From positions 21,764 to 85,763 of the forward strand of contig JBIKUD010000002.1 in the NCBI GenBank assembly GCA_044347745.1: DNA of 64,000 bases, written 5' to 3'. This DNA comes from Bdellovibrionota bacterium (GTDB lineage Bacteria; Bdellovibrionota_C; UBA2361; JAFLCA01). Shown one piece after another: positions 19,802 to 29,428 of the stretch (position 1 is the first letter of the stretch; every line of letters starts with the position of its first letter). The notes under the pieces were generated by a model. That model was not told where the DNA came from and searched no databases. It worked only from the letters and a program-made list of their open reading frames with translations. The position numbers and the translations under genes were made by a program.

Positions 19802-21439
19802 TTGTTAAATCTAAAGCCCTCAGTACCAACATCAGAGCCTCTCACTGTCGAACCACAGGTAGTGGCACTTATCGGACCATGGGGCTCGGGCAAAACCACC
19901 ATTCTCAACTCCATCCAACAGACCGCCGGATTCGCAGGCACCCGAGTCGGCGTTATCTTCGCTGAATTTGGTGAAGTGAACGTCGATGCAAGTCGAATTA
20001 GCGCCGATAAAATTGTAGAGGTTCAAGATCGCTGCATCTGTTGTCATGGTGCAGAAGCCTTAGCTACCGGCATCAACCAATTACGGTCTCAAGTCGATTT
20101 GCTCTTGGTTGAAACCTCTGGGGTTTCGAACGGCTCTAACATCCGTGATGTCTTGAAGAGCCTTGGCCTTAATTACTCCATTCTTGGTACTGTGAGCACG
20201 GCAGGTTTTTCCAAAGAAGACATCGATTTACTTGACGCTCAACTGCCTGTGGTAGATCGGGTACTACTCACCCACAATGAATGGCTTGGAAGCCCACCAT
20301 CACTGGACGACACCAAACTTGCACCACTGACAAGTTACCTTTCTGGCTTAGGTATCATAGACAAAGTCAGCTTCGCCCATCCTAACAGAGGAATAGACGC
20401 AAGAGATTGGGAATCACTTAAAGTGCAGTCTCATCTGCCAGACAGCCTGTACATGCCGGCACGGCAAGCTTCGGCGCTTTCCACTCGCGAGCGGCAACAC
20501 CATCAAATTGTTCTTACCGTGGTATTGCACCCTCAAACTAGGGTTGAACAGCTACAAGAAACCCTCGCCCAACACGGGCCTCTCATCGAACGCGCCAAAG
20601 GTGTTATCTGTGATCAACATGGCGTTGCTTACGACTTTGACTATATCAAAGGGCGAGATCCAAAAACTGGAGAACCCAGTATGCAGCTAACCCTATCCCG
20701 CGAACCTTCTCGCTCCACTCTACTTGGTGGTAGACCTCACGTCGTACTTTTCTCACGCAACAATGAAGGGCTACTCACCCACTCATTATTCCTAGCTATC
20801 GGCTCGCCGCACATCACAGATGAGAGATTGGAAAAAGCGTTCTCGCGCTATCCGGAACACATAGAGTACTTTTCTAGATGGAATACATTCCCTGCGTACA
20901 ACAAGGAGGGCGACAGATACTATGGCGTCCTCTACCCAATCATAACGTCTATTGATCGCATCCCCCGGCATGCAGACAGGCTCGGCATTGAACATTTTTG
21001 GAATAGAACCATAGAGGCGTATTTGGCTTGGCGAATTAAGGGCATCGAGGCTCTCGATCAGCTTCGCAATCAAGGCGTTTCAGACGCCCATCTGTTAGAT
21101 CCTGAAAATTTATTAGCAACCAACCTTCTTTGGCATCTCCTCAATGCCCCGCGAGAGCTTTCCTTAGAGACAAAGACACGTATTGAGCAACAGACTCCTG
21201 CCAAAAGATTTTTCGCTTCAATGGCAACACTTTCTCAACCGCCCGAATCGGGGGGTAATCGAGAACTTTCCCCTGAGTTTCTTGTAATGATCGCTCAGTT
21301 CGCCAAATACGGCCTCCGTAACGAAGGGCTTAACCTTGGCGATATCCGAGATGCCATGGCCCATGCTGAAAAGGTGGATAACGGTGGAACTTGGGCCGGT
21401 GCCTCAGAGCGACTTCTCTCTTTGCTTGACACTGAGTAA
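19802..21439 (+). CDS. COG0523/CobW-family metallochaperone GTPase with long unknown C-terminal extension
   Basis: GPWGSGKTT, EFGEVNVD, CICC, VETSG, ERAKGV; AGGGGGA SD before TTG. Confidence 0.85.
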   Translation: MLNLKPSVPTSEPLTVEPQVVALIGPWGSGKTTILNSIQQTAGFAGTRVGVIFAEFGEVNVDASRISADKIVEVQDRCICCHGAEALATGINQLRSQVDLLLVETSGVSNGSNIRDVLKSLGLNYSILGTVSTAGFSKEDIDLLDAQLPVVDRVLLTHNEWLGSPPSLDDTKLAPLTSYLSGLGIIDKVSFAHPNRGIDARDWESLKVQSHLPDSLYMPARQASALSTRERQHHQIVLTVVLHPQTRVEQLQETLAQHGPLIERAKGVICDQHGVAYDFDYIKGRDPKTGEPSMQLTLSREPSRSTLLGGRPHVVLFSRNNEGLLTHSLFLAIGSPHITDERLEKAFSRYPEHIEYFSRWNTFPAYNKEGDRYYGVLYPIITSIDRIPRHADRLGIEHFWNRTIEAYLAWRIKGIEALDQLRNQGVSDAHLLDPENLLATNLLWHLLNAPRELSLETKTRIEQQTPAKRFFASMATLSQPPESGGNRELSPEFLVMIAQFAKYGLRNEGLNLGDIRDAMAHAEKVDNGGTWAGASERLLSLLDTE

Positions 21440-21485
21440 AACAACTTTCTTGATACAAAAGCACAAAGGTAGCAGAAATTTAATA

Positions 21486-21863
21486 CTACGGCTTTGAACA
21501 GCTTCGGCATTTCCCAGAGAGAACGAGCGATTCCCTCGCAATGACCAAACCCTTGGGCCGCAGATTTTTCAAATCGACCACATCGTCTCCAAGACACATA
21601 ACCTGACTGCAATCTTGGCAAATAAAATGGGGGTGCCCCGCCACTTCTTTTAGTTCATACAAAGAAGCTTGGCCCGGGACCGAGATGCACACAATTTCCC
21701 CAGATTCGACGAGAACTTTTAGGAATCTATAGACGGTTGACTTGTTGAGATCTGATCTTTTTTTTGAAACATCTTTTAGAATTTCTACAGCAGTAATAGG
21801 CCGCCCGGAACTTCGAAGAGTGGCAGTTATCTCTACTCGGGCTTGTGTGGTTCTTGCGGACAT
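21486..21863 (-). CDS. Fur-family regulator, probably Zur
   Basis: RTTQAR, STVYRFL, HPHFICQDC, GKCRSC; ATG 21863 is 6 nt after a -10 box; next to COG0523. Confidence 0.88.
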   Translation of the reverse strand: MSARTTQARVEITATLRSSGRPITAVEILKDVSKKRSDLNKSTVYRFLKVLVESGEIVCISVPGQASLYELKEVAGHPHFICQDCSQVMCLGDDVVDLKNLRPKGLVIARESLVLSGKCRSCSKP

Positions 21864-21869
21864 GCCCAA

Positions 21870-21908
21870 ACGATACACGATCTGCTCCCTTATCGCAACC
21901 AAGTTGCA
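21870..21908 (-). promoter_or_regulatory. Leaderless fur/zur promoter with autoregulatory box
   Basis: -35 TTGCGA (21898-21893), 17 bp, -10 TATCGT (21875-21870); box CGCAACCAAGTTGCA (21894-21908) overlaps the -35. Confidence 0.75.
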
Positions 21909-22026
21909 ATTACCAACAACTATTACCCTATTTCTAAAAACTTCTAAAATTGACAGCACCGAAACGCAGAAGTAGGTGCTCAAGCAACGAATTTGGTCGT
22001 ATTTTGCAACACGTGCCAAATTTTCT

Positions 22027-22055
22027 TTGCGTATTGTATAGAGCTAAGATATACT
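22027..22055 (+). promoter_or_regulatory. sigma70 promoter
   Basis: TTGCGT-17bp-TATACT. Confidence 0.6.
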
Positions 22056-22080
22056 CAGTGGGTCGTTTATTAGAGTTTTT

Positions 22081-22230
22081 ATGTTGCCAGCAATTATCCA
22101 AATTAGCGCCTCACCTTCACTAATTAATCGTGAAGTGCTTGTGCCTGCGCGATTTCTTGCTGGGTCAAATGTGAAACTCTCTCTTAGCCCAGTCAAGATG
22201 CTTCAGCGTAAGCCAGCGGCGCGTATTTAG
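22081..22230 (+). CDS. Small ORF, 49 aa (MLPAIIQISASPSLINREVLVPARFLAGSNVKLSLSPVKMLQRKPAARI)
   Basis: ATG...TAG frame 25 nt downstream of a near-consensus promoter; below the ORF-track cutoff. Confidence 0.4.
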   Translation: MLPAIIQISASPSLINREVLVPARFLAGSNVKLSLSPVKMLQRKPAARI

Positions 22231-22541
22231 CCTCGATTTTTCGGGCTTCCAAGTAAAATTAGGTCGATAAAACTGCTCCGTAAGGGGCGCTTCGCCCGGC
22301 ATGGGATTCTCCCAGCGCACGGGGTGTTAATTCGATCTTCCACCTACAAAGAAATCCGGCCGAGGCTCCAAACATCAGGCAGCTTTTAGCTTTTGCCTGC
22401 CATACGGGTAGATGATTTCGAAGGTTTTCAAAATAACCGTAGCCCACTTTGCTCACTACCCCTCTGACACCGCGGATTGGAGGAGGAAAGAAGCAAATTG
22501 GTTGCTTCAACTCCAATTCAAAACAGAAAAGGAGGAAGGTT

Positions 22542-24344
22542 ATGAACACATTAGGTGATGTGAAACGGGTTATCAGTGATGCAAAACGTTTGGTGCTCCT
22601 TACGTGGCGCGAAAAGAAGTGGTTGGTTATCTGCCTCACCGTAGCAACCCTATTGGCGTCAGTTCTGCCATTCGCACAAAATTTTGCGATTGGCAGGATG
22701 CTGAATGCCTTGGTAGAGAGCTCGGGCGAGCAGAAAGAATCTGCAGTTCAACTGCTTTTGATTGCAGCTATTGTGTGTGGAACAGCCTACGCATTAGCTA
22801 ATTTTTTGCAGTTTCTCTTAAAATCCATTTTGTACAAGGAACTATTCCATGTACTCAACGTGGTAATTCTAAGAACAACTGCAAACCTTGATATCGCTTC
22901 ACACGAAAACCCCGAGCGCAGAGATTTGCTTACAAAGGTTGAGGAGAACGCCATGTGGCGCGCTCCAGATTTTATGCAACGACTATTCCAGTTGTTACAG
23001 AATCTAACTGAAGTAAGCATAGCTGCTCTCATATTCCTCGGTGCCGACTGGCAACTAGGGATGGCAATTATCTTGGTGTCCTTACCAAGAATCTGGAATG
23101 ACCTGACCTACAACAACAAATTGTGGGAAGTGGAAACCCAGGTTGCCGAAACCAGAAGAAAATTCTGGTACTCACGATGGTTCCTGATAGCAATGGCAGC
23201 TTTGCCCGAGGTGAAGCTTTTCCAAAATGTGCCCTACTTTGTAGGACGCATTGATAGGCTATTAGGAAGTATCAAGGCGAAGGAGATGGAAGTTGAGCTA
23301 CGAAATGCTGGCGTTCAGCTTGCAGTACTCGCAGCATCAGAGGCAGTAGCAATCACCGCCCTGGTGTTCTTTGTACACCGAGCACTAAGCGGCAGTATCG
23401 ACTTAGGAACACTGGCGTTTCTTATCGGTAGTTCGTCAGTCTTTCGTTCGTCGTTGCAGTCGCTTTCGCAAAACATTGGTAGCCAGTTCCGAGATGGCAA
23501 GTTTGTACGAGACATGTTTGAGGCCTTTGACCTTAAACCGCTTGTGCATACAAATAGCCAGTCCAAAAAGCAGCTAGACGGGCAAATTGAAGAAATTCAA
23601 TTTGAAAATGTCTGGTTCGCTTATCCTGGAACTGAACGATGGATTCTCAAGGACTTTAACCTGCGCATTGCGGGTGGAAGCACCATAGGAATCGTTGCTG
23701 AAAACGGCTCAGGAAAATCGACTTTGGCCAAGTTACTCTGCCGAATGTACGATCCGACTCGCGGGCGCATCCTCGTAAACGGCGTGGATATTCGCGAGTT
23801 TGATCTGGACTATTGGCAAAGTAAGTTGGGGGTAGTCAAGCAAGACTTTCTGCACTACGACCATTTGGATATTAAATCTGCCATTTGCCTAGGAAGGGCA
23901 AGTGCGGAACCCACTGATATTCAAGCAGTTCGTTTTGCAGCAGAAGCCGCTGACGCCCATGGCTTTATTGAGGCACTTCCTCTTGGGTATGCAAGTACCC
24001 TAGGAACCTCATTTAGAGGTGGCGTAGAGCTGAGTGGTGGACAATATCAACGCCTTGCTTTGGCGCGGGTGTTTTATCGCCAACCAGAAATTGCCATTCT
24101 CGATGAGCCAACGTCAGCGGTTGACTCTGATGCAGAGGCCAGAATTTATCAGAAAATTCTGAGTTGTCTCCCGGCGTGCACCAAAATCGTTATTTCACAC
24201 CGTTACTACACCTTAAGAAAGGCAGACAAAATTTGCCTGCTCCAAAATGGTGAAGTGACCGAGTGCGGGACTCACGATGAGTTGATGCAACTGGGAGCCG
24301 TATATGCCGAGCGCTACAAGGCGCAAGCGGCTGAGTATCACTAG
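22542..24344 (+). CDS. ABC exporter, fused permease and ATPase
   Basis: AAGGAGG SD before ATG 22542; TM domain; AENGSGKS, LSGGQYQR, ILDEPTS, ISHR. Confidence 0.92.
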   Translation: MNTLGDVKRVISDAKRLVLLTWREKKWLVICLTVATLLASVLPFAQNFAIGRMLNALVESSGEQKESAVQLLLIAAIVCGTAYALANFLQFLLKSILYKELFHVLNVVILRTTANLDIASHENPERRDLLTKVEENAMWRAPDFMQRLFQLLQNLTEVSIAALIFLGADWQLGMAIILVSLPRIWNDLTYNNKLWEVETQVAETRRKFWYSRWFLIAMAALPEVKLFQNVPYFVGRIDRLLGSIKAKEMEVELRNAGVQLAVLAASEAVAITALVFFVHRALSGSIDLGTLAFLIGSSSVFRSSLQSLSQNIGSQFRDGKFVRDMFEAFDLKPLVHTNSQSKKQLDGQIEEIQFENVWFAYPGTERWILKDFNLRIAGGSTIGIVAENGSGKSTLAKLLCRMYDPTRGRILVNGVDIREFDLDYWQSKLGVVKQDFLHYDHLDIKSAICLGRASAEPTDIQAVRFAAEAADAHGFIEALPLGYASTLGTSFRGGVELSGGQYQRLALARVFYRQPEIAILDEPTSAVDSDAEARIYQKILSCLPACTKIVISHRYYTLRKADKICLLQNGEVTECGTHDELMQLGAVYAERYKAQAAEYH

Positions 24345-24516
24345 AAGTCATTTTTTAAATAAAAATTGACTTCTAGCCGCGCCAAGGATGACGCGGGCGG
24401 GCCCCGAGCAAAGCGAGAAAGGCCCGGCGCGACGCGAGGTTGGGGCGCTTGAGGCCACAATCGAGCTTGGAGCGCTTTTTAAAGACCAGGGATGGTCATT
24501 AAAAAAGAGGCTCGAG
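24341..24516. mobile_element. CTAG-ended structured repeat, diverged copy C
   Basis: CTAGAAGTCA...TGACTTCTAG hairpin then CCGCGCCAAGGATG...GAGCTTGGAGCGCT core. Confidence 0.6.
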
Positions 24517-24595
24517 CTGACGAGAGCCAGCTTAAAAATAGGAGTTATAGAAGCACATAACTCCAAACGTGGGACTCCCGTCCCACGTGGTGTTT

Positions 24596-24632
24596 GAGGG
24601 TAGGAGTGCCATTGCACTCCTACCCTCTTTTT
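24596..24632 (+). terminator. Intrinsic terminator
   Basis: 14-bp stem GAGGGTAGGAGTGC/GCACTCCTACCCTC followed by T5. Confidence 0.7.
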
Positions 24633-24715
24633 CGCCAACATCACCATTTATCAACACCGTAATCACAGGTTTTAGCTTCCACCTCCAATCTAAATGCCCA
24701 ATAATACGTCGATAT

Positions 24716-26794
24716 ATGTACCAACTTCGATCACTAAAACGTGCGTCGCTCATCGATATCGTGGGCCTGCTCTTATATTCATTCCTGATCTGCTTGGCCC
24801 TTGAAGCCTTCCCGCCTTATTTTTTTTGTGATGAAGCAATTCATGGGCTAGAAGCGCACTCTATCCTTGAGCATGGAACCGCGCTTAATGGAGAACCCTG
24901 GCCACTCTTTTTTAAAGGCCTAGGGCAGTATCAACTCTCTTTTTCAGTGTACACAAGACTTCCCTTCATAGCGGCGTTGGGAATGACTGTTGAATCGGTA
25001 CGTCTTCCGAATGCGCTTGTAAGCATTCTGGGCGTCTTGGCTTTTATGTACCTTGTGAAACAAACGCAGAACGCCAGTAAACAACCCACCTGGATACCGT
25101 ACTTACTGCTAGTATCTCCGGTCTGGTATCTGCATGCACGTTCTGGTTTTGAAGCACTACAAGCAGTATCCTACCTTCTCCTAGCTCTTTCCCTATACAT
25201 ACAGTGTTTTTCCGCTCGGCCGTACTCGCGCTTAAACTTTGAAACTCTTTTTCTTGCTGTTGGCTCAGCATTCTTTTTTGCGCTTACCTTCTATACCTAC
25301 ACTGCTGCCCGTGGTTGGGTTTTCTTCACCTTACTGGCGCTGGGTCTGGGCAATTTAATTGCCCATCTAAAGAACTTTAAGGCTTCTCTCATCTTTATCT
25401 GTTTTTTCTGCCCCATCTTCTTGGGACCTTACTGGAAGCTTCACTTCCTAAGCCCAGAGGTGGCGAACGCTCGCCTTGAGGCAGTTGGTTACCCCACTCT
25501 CGCAGAGCTATTTACCGAAGAACGTCTAGGCCTCATTTTGAATCAATTAGGGATAGCGCTGAACCCAGGATTTTGGTTTACCTGGTCCGGCACCTATACA
25601 TCCGGAGCACAGCTGCGCCATATTATTCCAGAGCACGGATTATTCCCCTGGTTCCTCGCTCCTTTTCTATTTGTCGGCGTCTGGAATCTCCTTAGGAACA
25701 TTGGCAGCTTAAGCGCCCGCAGCATATTATTAGCCACCCTTGCTTCACCACTCACCGGCGCACTTGCAGAAATTAATAGCTTACGCTCACTCGCAACTGG
25801 CTGCCTCTATTTTTTGATTGCATGCATCGGACTGGGGCAAGTTCTGCAGTTTCTCTACAACAAAGTAAGTCGGACCTGGCTCATCACAGCACCCATCTTG
25901 CTATTTTGTGTTCTCTATCTGGTTAAGTTTCAGCACTTTGTGCTTTACCAAGCTCGGCATCAGTATAGTGCATACGATTTTTACGGCATCCAGTATGGCG
26001 CCGCTGACATTTCTGAATGGATTAGTACCCAAACTGGAAGCGAACAACGCATATTTCTAGCATCAAACATTTTTAATGCAGCGGAAAGTTTACTTGATTT
26101 TTTCCTCGATACTAAAATTCGAAACAGAATAAGAATCGCACATACGGACGAACTTTGTGACCCCGGAAGCCCAATTTTTGGTCAACATAAAAATTCCGTT
26201 TGGATCATTCCGGTTTCATCAGAAACAGAAGCCACCCCAAAAAACTGCCCGCTAGAATTTAAAAGGGAATCCGTGCTGCATGACCCAAATATGAATCCTC
26301 TCTATGTAATTGGTCATTACATCGAAGTGGGTTCTCTTGACGAGTTTCAACGTCATCATCTTCAAACACTCCATAAACTAGAAGAAACTCAGGTTAAAAC
26401 ACGACAAGGGCCAATTGACGTTGCGCATTCAAAACTTTTTGATTCGGTAGAGTACGCATTTGATGGAAATCTACAAACCTTGACCAAAACCGCTCGAGTA
26501 AATCCGTTACGAATACAACTACGGAGCGATTTTTCTAATGCACATGAAATAAAAATTATTGTCTCACATGCTCGGGAACTGCAAATTACCCTCGCCGCAA
26601 TTCTTGAAGATGGCATCACCCTGCAGCAAGTGAATAGCTCGGTGGTGAAAATTGACCAATTACACAATAGAGGAGAAGTAGCCTTTATTTTGCATAATCT
26701 GCCTTTTCGGCATAAAGGGCTGCAAATTGAGATTAAACAGAATGCAGAATCTCAGTTTGCTATCGTGCACCTTAACGAAGTCTCGTGGCAGTAA
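24716..26794 (+). CDS. GT-C (PMT/ArnT-like) membrane glycosyltransferase with C-terminal soluble domain
   Basis: PPYFFCDEA, GEPWPLFF, SVRLPNA, YTYTAAR; multiple TMs. Confidence 0.75.
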   Translation: MYQLRSLKRASLIDIVGLLLYSFLICLALEAFPPYFFCDEAIHGLEAHSILEHGTALNGEPWPLFFKGLGQYQLSFSVYTRLPFIAALGMTVESVRLPNALVSILGVLAFMYLVKQTQNASKQPTWIPYLLLVSPVWYLHARSGFEALQAVSYLLLALSLYIQCFSARPYSRLNFETLFLAVGSAFFFALTFYTYTAARGWVFFTLLALGLGNLIAHLKNFKASLIFICFFCPIFLGPYWKLHFLSPEVANARLEAVGYPTLAELFTEERLGLILNQLGIALNPGFWFTWSGTYTSGAQLRHIIPEHGLFPWFLAPFLFVGVWNLLRNIGSLSARSILLATLASPLTGALAEINSLRSLATGCLYFLIACIGLGQVLQFLYNKVSRTWLITAPILLFCVLYLVKFQHFVLYQARHQYSAYDFYGIQYGAADISEWISTQTGSEQRIFLASNIFNAAESLLDFFLDTKIRNRIRIAHTDELCDPGSPIFGQHKNSVWIIPVSSETEATPKNCPLEFKRESVLHDPNMNPLYVIGHYIEVGSLDEFQRHHLQTLHKLEETQVKTRQGPIDVAHSKLFDSVEYAFDGNLQTLTKTARVNPLRIQLRSDFSNAHEIKIIVSHARELQITLAAILEDGITLQQVNSSVVKIDQLHNRGEVAFILHNLPFRHKGLQIEIKQNAESQFAIVHLNEVSWQ

Positions 26795-26815
26795 CTGTAT
26801 AGATTCTGTTTTACT

Positions 26816-27442
26816 ATGATGAGTCAAAAAGTAAATACTTTTGTACTTGGAATCGCTGGTGGCACAGCCAGCGGAAAGACAACTCTTTCCCAGTTACTTC
26901 ATAAAACCTTCGGCGAGAAATACTCAACTCTCATTTTGCTCGATTCATATTACAAAGACCAATCACATCTACCTTTTTCTGAACGTGAGAAAACAAATTT
27001 CGACCATCCAGATGCATTTGAGTGGACTAAACTCATCGATCACATCCATTCACTCCGTTCTGGATCTAGCGTAGCTGTGCCTCTGTATGATTTTACTCGA
27101 CATACACGCTCGTCCGAGACCAGCAGAGCATTTCCCCTGCCACTCATAATAGTCGAAGGAATTCTTACCCTACATTGGCCTGAATTGCGCTCTTCATTCG
27201 ATTATACTGTTTTTGTTGACACCCCCTCATCGGTGCGATTTGAAAGGCGCCTTTTACGTGACACCACCGAAAGAGGCAGGACAACACAATCAGTTAGAAC
27301 TCAATGGAATGAGACAGTCACCCCTATGCACACCACTTTTTGTGAGCCTTCAAGACAGTTTGCAAATCAAATAGTTGAAGGCACAAGTTCATTCGAGCCA
27401 TGGATCTCAAGATTCCTTTCGATGCGGCAGTTTCAAGACTAA
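26816..27442 (+). CDS. udk: Uridine kinase
   Basis: GIAGGTASGKTT, DSYYKD, NFDHPDAF, VEGIL, RRLLRD...ERGR. Confidence 0.93.
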   Translation: MMSQKVNTFVLGIAGGTASGKTTLSQLLHKTFGEKYSTLILLDSYYKDQSHLPFSEREKTNFDHPDAFEWTKLIDHIHSLRSGSSVAVPLYDFTRHTRSSETSRAFPLPLIIVEGILTLHWPELRSSFDYTVFVDTPSSVRFERRLLRDTTERGRTTQSVRTQWNETVTPMHTTFCEPSRQFANQIVEGTSSFEPWISRFLSMRQFQD

Positions 27443-27973
27443 AACACAAAATAATTTTAAATATCTTGTTGACTAAGTTAGGCATCACGCGTACCTTCGA
27501 AAAATGCAATCAATTAGCAGCATATTCACTTCTCAGCTCCACGGCATCGATGCCGGTTGCTGGACTGCTGCCATGCCATCCTCTTATTATTGGCATTTTA
27601 GTATCCATTTTCGCCGCTAAGGCGAATATACCCTGACCCCAGAGCGGCTATTCTTAAACTGCTCTTAGCAAACCCCAAATGTCCCTAAAACCCTCGGAAA
27701 TCCGAGAAATTAAGAGAAAATGTATGAAAAGCAAACAATCAGAACCTAATAATGTCCAACCCCCTTTAGGCTGTAGCTCAGCCCAAAATAAAAGCTCATC
27801 TTTCGCGATCTTCCGCGCCCACTTCCGCTTCTCCTATCGCCATTATTGGCGCTTTCACTTTTTTGCCCCATACGCTGGGTAAATAAAGTTCTGCGCCTTA
27901 GGCGCTAAGTCTTCACTCTTTTTCGTTTGTATTTTTTGGCTGCACTTTATGGCGGCCCGTAGGATCACGTTTT

Positions 27974-29404
27974 ATGTTAAGCAAAATAATTCAATCACTC
28001 ATTCCTTCAACCTCTGAACCAGTTGCCTCGGCGCAACCTTCAGTAGCGGCTGATTTCGCTTCCTTGCAGACAGGTAAACTTGCCCAATTTCGCTCAGACC
28101 AAAATGGCGAACGCATAGTGAGAGAGAGGCAAATTCTAAGCCTAGGCATTGCTGACGACAAAACAAGCAAAAAGACTTTAGCTTCGCTTGAGAAGGCAAT
28201 TGCAGAAGAACTGCTTCCCCAAGGGAGCAAAACCGAAAACAGAGGAATTACTCTCAATCGTTTGCTAGGCGATGAGTCAGACAAAAAAGTATTTCTTAAA
28301 ACTCAAATTGGCGAGAATGGGCCCAGTTTCTACGTCAGACTGCGTAATGGAGTTGGCAAAGCCCTTGATGCTTCCACTCCTATCGATCTTATTTCCGGGG
28401 TATGCCTCTTTGGAGGCGCGAGCATCAGTATGCAGCGCCTCGATGGAACTGGCACTGTAAATCTTGTGGACCCTGAATCAAAACTTGACTCACCGCTAGG
28501 CAATATTACGGTGTCTTCAAAACTGACAGCGTATGAAATTGAATCTGTAACTAGGCTCTGTGCTTGCCTTCAGGCGGTGAGCAAACGTGGCGAGAGTACG
28601 GATGTAAAAGAAGTATCAAACACGGCGCCTAAAAACGAAGTACGATCAATAAGCATCCAGATTCCAGAACAAGAATACTTTTGCTACCTCATTCCCGCTC
28701 TCTATGACGGGAATATTAGCAGAAGCGATTTTCAGGCATATGTTGCGGCTGTGCGCACCCGTAGCATGATAATGGAGAAATATGTTGGAAAAGAGCTTGG
28801 AGCAGCAGCATCGCTGGCCAAATTTGGGCGTCCTTTAGCAGCTCTTGACGATATATTGGCTAATCCTCCTGCAACTGCCGCCGAATTTAAGGCTGCAATT
28901 GAAACAAGGTTAAAGTCTTTACCTCTGCTTGGGGCCTTAGCAGCAGAACGCGAGCTCATTGCGCCGAAGCGTGACTCTGAATCGGTAAATCAGACGCAGG
29001 CATTAACCAAACTATTGCCTGTTTTATCTTACCTTAGCTTTTACCTTGGTCAGGACCTTGGAAAATTAGGCGAAAAACGCAGAGTGTTGGCAATTGAAAA
29101 CGCAAGTGAAGAACGCATCTTGGTTGGCATAGACACCTTAAGCAAAAAGGCCAAAGGATTTGCCGATTGTCTTCAGTCGCAATTCTCAGCTTTATACGTT
29201 GCCGAACAAGTGGTGCCAATTACCGGAGAAGCGAGCGTCACTACGAGAATAATTCCGCCAATAGCAGCATTCCGCGGAGTTCCCATGGTCACGCCAAGCA
29301 CCCCGCTTCAAGAGACCCTCAGTACAGGACCTATTCTTTATAGGCTTCCGCAGCTTATGACCTCCGCCCTTAGGGCAGAGATTAAAGCGCTCTACAAAAA
29401 GTAA
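27974..29404 (+). CDS. Hypothetical protein, 476 aa
   Basis: Long ORF, 24 bp upstream of the DUF917 gene; no motif recognised. Confidence 0.7.
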   Translation: MLSKIIQSLIPSTSEPVASAQPSVAADFASLQTGKLAQFRSDQNGERIVRERQILSLGIADDKTSKKTLASLEKAIAEELLPQGSKTENRGITLNRLLGDESDKKVFLKTQIGENGPSFYVRLRNGVGKALDASTPIDLISGVCLFGGASISMQRLDGTGTVNLVDPESKLDSPLGNITVSSKLTAYEIESVTRLCACLQAVSKRGESTDVKEVSNTAPKNEVRSISIQIPEQEYFCYLIPALYDGNISRSDFQAYVAAVRTRSMIMEKYVGKELGAAASLAKFGRPLAALDDILANPPATAAEFKAAIETRLKSLPLLGALAAERELIAPKRDSESVNQTQALTKLLPVLSYLSFYLGQDLGKLGEKRRVLAIENASEERILVGIDTLSKKAKGFADCLQSQFSALYVAEQVVPITGEASVTTRIIPPIAAFRGVPMVTPSTPLQETLSTGPILYRLPQLMTSALRAEIKALYKK

Positions 29405-29428
29405 GAATCATACAAAAGGAATGTCACC

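Noticed and set aside
27769-27782. GGCTGTAGCTCAGC, a 14-bp match to the tRNA-His 5' region
   Set aside because: No anticodon or T arm follows, the orientation is opposite to the tRNA, and a match this short can be chance
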